From Sphingobacteriales bacterium (lineage in GTDB: Bacteria > Bacteroidota > Bacteroidia > Sphingobacteriales > Sphingobacteriaceae), in NCBI GenBank assembly GCA_004293485.1, contig RDYW01000033.1, positions 28,649 through 92,648 of the forward strand: a stretch of DNA of 64,000 bases, in the 5' to 3' direction. Made by a program: the position numbers and the translations under genes. The notes below the pieces were generated by a model. That model did not search any database. It was not told the DNA's origin and saw only the letters and a program-made list of their open reading frames with translations. This document shows positions 1-8,664 of this stretch, one piece after another; within the stretch, counting starts at the first letter, position 1, and the number at the start of each line of letters is the position of its first letter.

Positions 1-546
1 ATCGGTACTAAACTCCATAGGTACGCCTTTTATGCTGTTAAACATGGTGGTTAACGTATTGGCGGGTACTTGCACATCGGTAGTAGCCCATACTTCTACT
101 ACTTTACCTGTTTCTTTATCTTTACAAAGGTATTTGGTACAATTATAGGTGGCAATTATTTTTTTTTCGGTAGTGGGTGTAACGTCAAAATTTTTGTTGT
201 TACCCTGCATTTCAGCCATTTTTTCGGTTTGGGATTTGGTCATTTTAACCGCAATTTTTTTGTCTTGAAAAGGTACATCGGTAAGGCTTAGGGTTTCTTT
301 GGTACTATTGTTAAAAATTACTTCGGTAACAAACATACCCATATCCATTTTAAATTGACTTAAATCGCCTTTAAATTTCATGCCATATTCATTGGGTAAC
401 ATGGCAGCCATGGCTTGTTTATCGGCGGGTAAATTATAGGTTAAACCATAGGTTACAATACCTTCGGTAATTATTTTTTGGGCGTTTGCAAGCGTATTTA
501 TTGCACATATTGCCGTAATAATTGCTAGTTTAAATATTTTTATCAT
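1..546 (-). CDS. Secreted DUF4412/GLPGLI-like protein, 3' end runs off the window
   Basis: Not in the ORF track; translated by hand from ATG at 546: MIKIFKLAIITAICAINTLANAQKIITEGIVTY...KKIIATYNCTKY...EVWATTDVQVP...IKGVPMEFSTD. Signal peptide ending ANA-Q, open to base 1. Confidence 0.75.
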   Translation of the reverse strand, partial: MIKIFKLAIITAICAINTLANAQKIITEGIVTYGLTYNLPADKQAMAAMLPNEYGMKFKGDLSQFKMDMGMFVTEVIFNNSTKETLSLTDVPFQDKKIAVKMTKSQTEKMAEMQGNNKNFDVTPTTEKKIIATYNCTKYLCKDKETGKVVEVWATTDVQVPANTLTTMFNSIKGVPMEFSTD

Positions 547-1421
547 TGTTTTTGTTTTTATTGTGATGTACTTTTTGATGGTAAATTTAATTTTATTTGG
601 TAAATTTTTTTGTTAAAAATTTATTGATATCGGTTTCAAATTAATTTTAAAAAGTGAGCAAAAATTTTAATATTAATAAATTGCTAATAGGCCAGCCAAA
701 TATGTTTATTTGCGAGCTTGTTGTTTTTCTTTTATTGTTTAGTTTTTTGTATTTAAATGTTTAGTGCTTAAGGTATCAAAACACATAATTATTTTGGGTT
801 TATTTACTAGGGGATGGTTTTTTGATTTCAAGTTTTTATAAAGCAATATAAAACAAAGTGGTAAGCCTTAATTTTATAAATAACCAAATAAATACAAAGG
901 TTAATACAATTTAAAAATTGTAATATTTTTGATTAAAAAGCAGCATTATTTTAGGTAAAAAAGATATAGTATTTTAAAAAAGTGTTCTCTATTACTTTTT
1001 AAAAATGGCATACTACGCAATCCCTATAAAAAATAAAAAACAACTTTATAACTATGTACTTTACAGTTATGTTCAGTAAAATTTAAGTAATAAAAAAAGC
1101 CAATAATGAGTTTTTATATTAATACTATTTAAGCAATAAAGGCATATATTATTCATCTATTTTACGATAAACTTATGAGCTAACTTGTTTACTTACAGTA
1201 TTTAACCAAAAAAGTTCTCAATAAAGTAACAAACCGTAAACTTTAGCAAATTGTATGCTTTTTAACTATAAAACTCAAGTTATTTAACTATCGGATATTA
1301 ATATTATTTGCATGCGGAACGTATGCCAAGCCTCAAAATTCTACAATCTATTACCCACAAAAAATTAATTTCTGTATCAATATCCAACAAAAAAACCGTA
1401 CAAAATGTTTATTTTGCCACC

Positions 1422-2567
1422 ATGCAGTTTAAAGATATTGCGGGGCAACTATCCGTTAAAAAACACCTTATACATACCGTAACACAAAACAGGGTAAGCC
1501 ATGCGCAATTGTTTTTAGGCCCCGAGGGTAGCGGTAGCTTGGCTTTGGCTATTGCCTATGCACAATATATTTGCTGTACCCATAAATTACCCGACGATGC
1601 CTGTGGGCAATGTGCATCATGCAATAAATATCAAAAATTAATTCATCCCGATTTACATTTTTCGTTTCCGTTTTTTGCAAAAGATAAAGACGATGTTGCT
1701 AGTAATTACATAGCCGATTGGAGGCATGCCATTATCAAAAATCATTATTTAGGGCTTGATGCTTGGCGTTATCATTTAAATGTTGATAACAAGCAATTTA
1801 ATATTAACATTGCCGAAAGTCATCACATTATCAGTCGTTTAAGTTTAAAGCCATTTGAAGCCGAATTTAAAATTATGATTATGTGGTTACCTGAATATTT
1901 GGTAAGTGCAGGCAATGCGCTGCTAAAAATAATTGAAGAACCTGCCGATAAAACGCTATTTTTATTGGTAGCACAAAACCAAGATCAATTGCTTAATACC
2001 ATTATATCTCGCACTCAAATTGTAAAAATACCCAAATTAAGCGATACCGATGTGGTAAATTTTTTAACAATCCAAAAAAATATTGCCACCAATAAAGCAC
2101 AGCAAATTGCTTATTTAAGCAACGGAAATTTGCATACAGCGCAAGAATACATGGCACACGAGGAAAACAACTATTGCGAAACATTTATAACTTGGATGCG
2201 CTATTGTGTTCAAAACCGAGGTATAGAAATGATAAACTATGTAGATGAGCTGGCAAAAATGGGGCGTGAAAACCAAAAAAACTTTTTTAAATACGGTATA
2301 AACCTTATGCGTGAAGCCGTGTTATGCTTATCTGATATGCCTGCACTGGTGCATTTGCCCGAAAAAGAGTTAGATTTTATAAGCAAGTTTGCAAAAATTT
2401 TAACTTTGGCGAAAGCCCAAAGTATAGCTACCGAGTTTGAAAAAGCGCATTATCATATCGAACGAAATGCGAACCCCAAGATATTGTTTTTAGATGTATC
2501 TTTGATGCTGATAAAATTATTAAAGTTTAATACGTTTCCTGCGGGAACTCAACATATATTAATTTAA
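1422..2567 (+). CDS. holB: DNA polymerase III subunit delta'
   Basis: MQFKDIAGQ start (ATG 1422 preferred over TTG 1308), HAQLFLGPEGSG, Zn-finger C...CGQCASC, HPDLHF, NALLKIIEEP, TIISRTQ. Confidence 0.92.
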   Translation: MQFKDIAGQLSVKKHLIHTVTQNRVSHAQLFLGPEGSGSLALAIAYAQYICCTHKLPDDACGQCASCNKYQKLIHPDLHFSFPFFAKDKDDVASNYIADWRHAIIKNHYLGLDAWRYHLNVDNKQFNINIAESHHIISRLSLKPFEAEFKIMIMWLPEYLVSAGNALLKIIEEPADKTLFLLVAQNQDQLLNTIISRTQIVKIPKLSDTDVVNFLTIQKNIATNKAQQIAYLSNGNLHTAQEYMAHEENNYCETFITWMRYCVQNRGIEMINYVDELAKMGRENQKNFFKYGINLMREAVLCLSDMPALVHLPEKELDFISKFAKILTLAKAQSIATEFEKAHYHIERNANPKILFLDVSLMLIKLLKFNTFPAGTQHILI

Positions 2568-2570
2568 ATT

Positions 2571-3878
2571 ATGGGATGTGCAAGTTGCTCAACCGGGGGG
2601 TGTACCCCTGGGGGCTGTAAAAGTAATGGTTCATGCTTAACCGATGGCGGTTGCAGCAAATTGGAAGTGTACGATTGGTTATCGGATATGGATTTGCCCA
2701 CCAATTTTAAGCCTTTTAATATTGTAGAAATAAAGTTTAAGGGTTCGAGGAAAGAGTTTTACCGTAATGTAGATAATATATACTTTGAAGCTGGCGAACT
2801 GGTGGCGGTAGAAACCGCTACTGGCGGTTACGATATTGGCCATGTTTCGTTAACGGGCGAGTTGGTGCGTATGCAGATGAAAAAACGTCGTACCAATGAA
2901 GAAAAAATAGAACTAAAAGTATACCGAAAAGCAAGCCCTAGCGATGTTGAAAAATGGAAATTAGCAAAGGAAACCGAATCGGCAACGATGCACAAGGCCC
3001 GTACCATTGCTATTGAGCTAGGCTTAGCCATGAAACTTAGCGATGTAGATTACCAGGGCGATAAATCCAAAGCTACTTTTTACTACACCGCCGAAGGTAG
3101 GGTTGATTTTAGAGAGCTAATAAAACGCCTAGCCGATTCGTTTAAAGTACGAATAGAAATGCGCCAAATAGGTATGCGCCAAGAAGCTAGCCGCTTAGGC
3201 GGTATAGGCTCTTGCGGGCGAGAGTTATGCTGTAGTACCTGGTTAACCGATTTTAAAACCGTATCTACCGCCGCAGCTAGGTACCAAAACTTATCGTTAA
3301 ACACCCTAAAGCTTGCTGGCCAATGTGGTAAATTAAAATGTTGCTTAAATTTTGAGCTCGACTCGTATATGGATGCCCTAAAACATATACCCGATAATGC
3401 CGACCGCCTTAAAACCGTACGTGGCGATGCAAGATTACAAAAAACCGATATTTTTAAAAAAATAATGTGGTATGTATATCCTGGCGAAGAAAACACCTGG
3501 ATTCCCTTAGAAATAAAAAGGGTAAAAGAAATACAAGAACTAAATAAAAAAGGCGAAAAACCCGATGATTTAAAAGACTTGGCCCAACAAGTTGCCGAAA
3601 CAAAGTTAGTAAGCAAGGTATTTGATTACGAAAACGTAGTAGGGCAAGATAGCTTAACCAGGCTAGACGAAAAAGCCCGAAAAAAGAAAAAAAGTAAACA
3701 AAAAACTAAAAACCGTAATGTTGCCGAAGCTGCCACAAATACTACAACAAAACCTTTGGTAAAACCTAAAACAAATACCGACCCTAAACCCGCAATTAGC
3801 AATAATACAACTCAAAAAAAACGCTCAAATAACCGTAATAAAAATCGTAATAAACCACCCCAAACACCATCTGTATAA
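2571..3878 (+). CDS. ricT: PSP1-domain protein (RicT/YaaT family) with Cys-rich N-terminus
   Basis: FYYTAEGRVDFRELIK, RIEMRQIG, GGIGSCGRELCCSTW, ARYQNLSLN, LAGQCGKLKCCLNFE; follows holB. Confidence 0.88.
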   Translation: MGCASCSTGGCTPGGCKSNGSCLTDGGCSKLEVYDWLSDMDLPTNFKPFNIVEIKFKGSRKEFYRNVDNIYFEAGELVAVETATGGYDIGHVSLTGELVRMQMKKRRTNEEKIELKVYRKASPSDVEKWKLAKETESATMHKARTIAIELGLAMKLSDVDYQGDKSKATFYYTAEGRVDFRELIKRLADSFKVRIEMRQIGMRQEASRLGGIGSCGRELCCSTWLTDFKTVSTAAARYQNLSLNTLKLAGQCGKLKCCLNFELDSYMDALKHIPDNADRLKTVRGDARLQKTDIFKKIMWYVYPGEENTWIPLEIKRVKEIQELNKKGEKPDDLKDLAQQVAETKLVSKVFDYENVVGQDSLTRLDEKARKKKKSKQKTKNRNVAEAATNTTTKPLVKPKTNTDPKPAISNNTTQKKRSNNRNKNRNKPPQTPSV

Positions 3879-4355
3879 ATGAAAATTAAATTTACGTTTT
3901 GGAGTTTATGCCTTTTAGTGGTTGCTTTACAAAGCTGTACCAATAATGCTTTAACCGATGTTTTTACAAGCATACCCAACCAACATTGGACCTATGCCCA
4001 ACCCTGCAAAAGCAACCTCGAAATCATAGATATACATAAAAAATACAATATACTTATTAACTTACGCCATACCGACGATTATAGGTATAGCAATATTTGG
4101 TTTAAAATAAGCATTATACAGCCTAATAAACACAAAAAAACCGAACGTATAGCATTTTCAATCGCCTCGCCCGATGGTACATGGCTGGGCAATACCAGTG
4201 GCAGTTTATTTACTTACCAATTACCTTATAAACTAAATTATAACTTCGCCGCAAAAGGAAAATATACCATTGTGGTAGAACAAAACATGCGTGATAACCC
4301 ACTTAATGGCATAAATGATGTAGGCATAAGGGTTGAAGAGGTTGAGGAAAAGTAA
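3879..4355 (+). CDS. gldH: Gliding motility lipoprotein GldH
   Basis: Lipobox LQSC; NLRHTDDYRYSNIW, DGTWLG, IVVEQNMRDNPL, DVGIRVE. Confidence 0.88.
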   Translation: MKIKFTFWSLCLLVVALQSCTNNALTDVFTSIPNQHWTYAQPCKSNLEIIDIHKKYNILINLRHTDDYRYSNIWFKISIIQPNKHKKTERIAFSIASPDGTWLGNTSGSLFTYQLPYKLNYNFAAKGKYTIVVEQNMRDNPLNGINDVGIRVEEVEEK

Positions 4356-4373
4356 ACTTTAAAGGTATAATTT

Positions 4374-5477
4374 TTAATTTGCCAACCACCCGTACACGCT
4401 ATGTGCCACCCTTTCCGATGCACCAGCTTTGCCCATTAAGCTAGCTAGCCTGGTGTAATTATCAAGCATAGTTTGCCTTTTGTTACCTAGTATATGGCTT
4501 AACTCTGTTTTTAATAGTGTTGTATTGCAGTTGTTTTGCAGCAGTTCTTTTACTATTTCTTTATCCATAATTAGATTTACTAGGCTTATAAACTTAATTT
4601 TTACCAGCAAACGGGCAATGGCAATGCTTATGATATTACCTTTGTATAGTACTACCTGGGGCACTTTAAATAAAGCGGTTTCAAGCGTTGCGGTACCCGA
4701 AGTTACTAATGCGGCATGGGCATTGTTTAGTAAATCGTAGGTTTGATTAAATACAACTGGAATATTTTTATGGCCAACATAAGGCAAATAAAAATCGATA
4801 CTAAACGATGGGGCACCTGCTATTACAAACTGGTATTGAGTAAATTGGCTTGTAACAGATAACATTACAGGCAAAATATAATCAATTTCTTGTTTACGGC
4901 TACCTGGCAATAGGGCGATAATTTTTTTTGTACTTAATTGATTATCGGCATTAAAGTTAGAGTTTGGATAAAAATTGTTCATAGCATCTAACAAAGGATT
5001 GCCTACATAGGTTACCTGCATGCCCCAATTTTTGTAAAAATCTACTTCAAAAGGTAAAATGCAAAACAGTTTATCTACATCTCGCTTAATTTTTAAAACC
5101 CTTTTTGAGTTCCAAGCCCACACTTTTGGCGAAATGTAGTAACATACTTTTAGCTTGTTTTTTTTGGCAAACTTGGCAATTTTAAGGTTAAAGCCGGGGA
5201 AATCAATTAGTATCAATACATCGGGCTGATAAGCTAATATATCGGCTTTGCAGTTTTTAATGTTTTTAAGAATAATGTTTAGGTTAAACAGCACTTCTAA
5301 AAAACCCATATACGCCATTTCGGCGTAGTGTTTTACCAACGTACCCCCTTCGGTTTGCATTAAGTGGCCGCCGAAATATCTAAAATCGGCTTTAGGGTCT
5401 ATGTCTTTAAAAGTTTTTATCAGGTTGGCACCGTGTAAATCGCCCGAGGCTTCGCCGGCTACCAAATAATACTTCAC
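4374..5477 (-). CDS. lpxB: Lipid-A-disaccharide synthase
   Basis: AGEASGDLHGA, LIDFPGFNL, YYISPKVWAW, ILPFE, GNPL, LLPGSRKQE, SGTATLE. Confidence 0.96.
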   Translation of the reverse strand: MKYYLVAGEASGDLHGANLIKTFKDIDPKADFRYFGGHLMQTEGGTLVKHYAEMAYMGFLEVLFNLNIILKNIKNCKADILAYQPDVLILIDFPGFNLKIAKFAKKNKLKVCYYISPKVWAWNSKRVLKIKRDVDKLFCILPFEVDFYKNWGMQVTYVGNPLLDAMNNFYPNSNFNADNQLSTKKIIALLPGSRKQEIDYILPVMLSVTSQFTQYQFVIAGAPSFSIDFYLPYVGHKNIPVVFNQTYDLLNNAHAALVTSGTATLETALFKVPQVVLYKGNIISIAIARLLVKIKFISLVNLIMDKEIVKELLQNNCNTTLLKTELSHILGNKRQTMLDNYTRLASLMGKAGASERVAHSVYGWLAN

Positions 5478-5737
5478 CCTTTTTGTACTTTATAGTAAAA
5501 AAATAGCAAAGCACATACAAACGTTGCCGAAATTATTCCTTTGGCACTTGCTTCCATTTCTTTTTTATAGGCTAGCTTTAATAACCATAAATTAATAGCT
5601 ACACAACCAATATATAATAAATCGGCTTTACCTAAAAAGGTAAAATTACGTTTTAGCAGCTGCACAATTAAAAATCCTAAAGCAGGTAAAACCAAACCTA
5701 GGGCAAGCCCTATCCAAACATTATCTTTTTTAAACAT
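5474..5737 (-). CDS. Small inner-membrane protein (about 3 TM helices)
   Basis: 87 aa hydrophobic ORF overlapping the surE stop by 8 nt and the lpxB start by ATGA. Confidence 0.75.
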   Translation of the reverse strand: MFKKDNVWIGLALGLVLPALGFLIVQLLKRNFTFLGKADLLYIGCVAINLWLLKLAYKKEMEASAKGIISATFVCALLFFYYKVQKG

Positions 5738-6506
5738 TAAAATCCCAATCGTTTAAAGTGTTAATGGCGTGGTGCGCCGTCATATCAAATTGCACCGGCA
5801 CCACCGATGCGTAATGGTTGTTTAAAGCCCACACATCGGCATCTTCGCCTTTATCGTTCAACTGAAAAACGCCTGTAAGCCAGTAATAGTTTCGTTTGTA
5901 GGGGTCTTGCCTTTCGTCGAACTCTTCGGCCCATTTGGCATTGGCTTGGCGGCATATTTTTATACCTTTTATAGGTTGGCTATTGTTAGGGAAATTTACA
6001 TTTAACAGTACGCCTATTGGCAGGCCTTTTTGCATTACTTGCTGACATATAGCTTTAATGTATTTTTTACAAGCCTCAAAATCAGCATCCCAAGTATAAT
6101 CATCCATCGAAAAACCCAACGATGGGATGCCCTCAATACAGCCTTCAACCGCTGCCGACATGGTGCCCGAGTATATTACATTTATAGAATTATTAAGTCC
6201 ATGGTTAATACCCGATACACATAAATTGGGCTTTTTACCTTTAAAAATTTTGTTTACTGCCAGCTTTACACAATCAACAGGGGTGCCACTGCTTTTATAC
6301 ATTTCAACGCCTTCGTATAAGTTTACTTTATCTAACCTAAGCGGTTTGCCAATGGTTATGGCATGCCCCATACCTGATTGTGGGCTATCAGGAGCCACTA
6401 CTGTAACATTACCTAGCTGTTGCATTACCTCTATTAAAGCTTTAATGCCTGGGGCGGTAATGCCATCGTCGTTTACTACCAATATAGTGGGTTTGTTATT
6501 TTTCAT
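5730..6506 (-). CDS. surE: 5'/3'-nucleotidase SurE
   Basis: ILVVNDDGI, VVAPDSPQSG, GTPVDCV, SGINHG, YSGTMSAAVEG, LLNVNFP. Confidence 0.96.
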   Translation of the reverse strand: MKNNKPTILVVNDDGITAPGIKALIEVMQQLGNVTVVAPDSPQSGMGHAITIGKPLRLDKVNLYEGVEMYKSSGTPVDCVKLAVNKIFKGKKPNLCVSGINHGLNNSINVIYSGTMSAAVEGCIEGIPSLGFSMDDYTWDADFEACKKYIKAICQQVMQKGLPIGVLLNVNFPNNSQPIKGIKICRQANAKWAEEFDERQDPYKRNYYWLTGVFQLNDKGEDADVWALNNHYASVVPVQFDMTAHHAINTLNDWDFNV

Positions 6507-6540
6507 TTAAGATATGTTTAATATTATTTAATATGATTTG

Positions 6541-6548
6541 CAAAAGTA
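6541..6548 (-). promoter_or_regulatory. Bacteroidota housekeeping promoter -7 element for surE
   Basis: TACTTTTG on the minus strand matches TAnnTTTG, 34 nt upstream of the surE ATG. Confidence 0.55.
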
Positions 6549-6627
6549 CAAAAAACCGAAGGTTAAAGATGAATAAATTTTTTAGGTGAAACGGAGGTGC
6601 TTCACTACATTATAGATGCAAGTGGTA

Positions 6628-7440
6628 TTACACACTCCAAATATTTTTTTGTTGTAAATTAATTTTGTTGCCAAAAAATATGCGGGTACTGTTTTCAAAC
6701 GATGTTGTTTTATCAGAAACAAAAAACTGGTGTTTAGCTACTTTGGTATCGCTTAGTAAATTTTTTTCGAGCAACTGTTGCTTTACATTAAGTGCCATAA
6801 TTTGTGCCGTATTTAAAATATCAATTTTACCATTATAAAATTGCCTGATTTCATTTTGTATTAACGGGTAATGGGTGCATGCCAGCACAATAGCTTCAAT
6901 ATTTTTAAGCTTGGGCGATGATAGGTAGGTATTAATAATTGTTTTACTGATGTTATTTTCGAAAAAACCTTCTTCAATCATAGGGGCAAGTAAGGGTGTA
7001 GCCATTGCCTTAACGTTTAAATGGGGCAAAGCCGAGGCAAGTTTTGATTGATAAACGCCCGATTTTATTGTAGCTTTAGTACCTATTACTCCAATACTTT
7101 TATATTGGCCTTGCTGGGTAATATAATTTACAACAGGGTCTATCACGTTTAATATAGGTAGGTTATAGCCCAAAAAATCTTTTACATCTTTGTAGCCTAG
7201 CGATGAGGCAGTATTGCAAGCAATTATTATAGCTTTACACTCTAAAAGTTGTAAAAATTTAGCTATTTTAAGGCTATAATATTTTATGGCTTCGGCCGAT
7301 TTATCGCCGTAAGGCATGTGAGCCGTATCGCCAAAATATATTAGTGTTTCGTGGGGCAGTGCTTCGCGTATGGCATTGGCTACGGTTAAGCCCCCAATAC
7401 CGGAATCAAAAATACCAATGGGTTTATTTTTTAAAATCAT
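6628..7440 (-). CDS. murI: Glutamate racemase
   Basis: IGIFDSGIGGLTV, YFGDTAHMPYG, IACNTAS, GVIGTKAT, LACTHYP. Confidence 0.96.
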   Translation of the reverse strand: MILKNKPIGIFDSGIGGLTVANAIREALPHETLIYFGDTAHMPYGDKSAEAIKYYSLKIAKFLQLLECKAIIIACNTASSLGYKDVKDFLGYNLPILNVIDPVVNYITQQGQYKSIGVIGTKATIKSGVYQSKLASALPHLNVKAMATPLLAPMIEEGFFENNISKTIINTYLSSPKLKNIEAIVLACTHYPLIQNEIRQFYNGKIDILNTAQIMALNVKQQLLEKNLLSDTKVAKHQFFVSDKTTSFENSTRIFFGNKINLQQKNIWSV

Positions 7441-7452
7441 ACGGAAACAAAA

Positions 7453-7485
7453 ATGCGAAGCAAGTTTTTAACTATACCTCGCATA
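7453..7485 (-). terminator. Probable intrinsic terminator after the second skp gene
   Basis: Minus strand ATGCGAGG-tatagttaaaaacttg-CTTCGCAT followed by TTTTG. Confidence 0.5.
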
Positions 7486-7501
7486 AAACTAATAAATAAT
7501 A

Positions 7502-8020
7502 TTATTTTTTAACAATCCCTAATTTAGCTTTTACATCAGCTAGTATGTTTACACCGCCTTCGTAGTAAATGGCTGCTTGTTGCGATACATCAATTACGTA
7601 AGCTAAGCCTTTTTCTTTAGCTACTGCTTTTACAGCTTCCTCGGCTTTTTTTAATATGGGGTCGTACAGTTCGCCACGTTTTTTTTCGAAGTCTTGTGTG
7701 GCTTTTTGTTGAAACTCTTGTATGCGTTTTTCTAAATCTTGTATTTCTTTAACTTTAGCCTCTTTTAAAGCGTCGCTCATGGTTTTTTCTTTTGCCTGAA
7801 AATCGGCCACTTTACTTTGATACTCGGTGTACATGGTTTTGCCATCGGTATCTAAAGTGCCTTTGTATACCTCTAGTTGCTTGTCGGCTACGGCAATTTC
7901 GGGCATTGCTTTTATTAGCTCGGCCGAGTTGATGTGTGCTATTTTTTGTTGTGCTTTTACAGCACTAATGCTTAACAATAAAGCGGCTGATACTAAAGTG
8001 GTTTTTAATAAATTTTTCAT
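7502..8020 (-). CDS. skp: OmpH/Skp periplasmic chaperone
   Basis: Signal peptide, QKIAHINS, coiled-coil body, VAKEKGLAYVID; downstream of bamA. Confidence 0.9.
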   Translation of the reverse strand: MKNLLKTTLVSAALLLSISAVKAQQKIAHINSAELIKAMPEIAVADKQLEVYKGTLDTDGKTMYTEYQSKVADFQAKEKTMSDALKEAKVKEIQDLEKRIQEFQQKATQDFEKKRGELYDPILKKAEEAVKAVAKEKGLAYVIDVSQQAAIYYEGGVNILADVKAKLGIVKK

Positions 8021-8077
8021 TTTTTTGTTTCTATTGTTTTTTTATTGTTAATATTATTTATTTGTTTTTTAAGATTT

Positions 8078-8605
8078 TTATCTAGCACTGCCAGTTTTGT
8101 AGCCTAGCTTGGTAATAATATCGTTGCTTTTATCGTAGGTGTTTCTTCCAAATAATAAAGTAACGCCAGCGCTTTTATCAAAAATCATATCTAAATCTTC
8201 GGTTTCGGCATATTCTTTTATTGCTGCTGCAACCTTATCTTGTATAGGTTTAATAAGTTTAACCCTTTCTTTAAACAAATCGCCTTCGTAGCCAAATTTA
8301 AGTTTTTGAAAATCTTTGGCGGCTTTTTCTTTATCTATTATTTCGTTTTCGCGGCGTTTTTTCATTTCAGCCGATAGCAACACTTGGTCGGCTTGGTAGG
8401 TTTGATACATTTTTTCGATCTCACGAAACTTGGTATCTATTTCTTTTTGCCACACGCTCGATTGGTTATCTAATTGTTTTTGTGCCGATTTGTAATCTGG
8501 GATATGTTTTAAAATAAACTCCGAATCTACATAAGCTAATCGTTGCGCTTTAGCATAAAAATGGCAAGTTAAAATAAAAAATAAAGCTAAAGTTAAATTT
8601 TTCAT
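8078..8605 (-). CDS. skp: OmpH/Skp periplasmic chaperone (first paralogue)
   Basis: QRLAYVDSEFIL, RRENEI, KFGYEGDLF, IKPIQDKV, DMIFDK. Confidence 0.9.
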   Translation of the reverse strand: MKNLTLALFFILTCHFYAKAQRLAYVDSEFILKHIPDYKSAQKQLDNQSSVWQKEIDTKFREIEKMYQTYQADQVLLSAEMKKRRENEIIDKEKAAKDFQKLKFGYEGDLFKERVKLIKPIQDKVAAAIKEYAETEDLDMIFDKSAGVTLLFGRNTYDKSNDIITKLGYKTGSAR

Positions 8606-8664
8606 GTTTTTAAATTTTTATTTGGTTAAAAATAATTTATCTGACCATTAATAGCTAAAAAGGT

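Noticed and set aside
1308-1421. 38-aa N-terminal extension of HolB from TTG 1308
   Set aside because: Homology-like sequence begins at MQFKDI (ATG 1422); the extension is AT-rich intergenic read-through.
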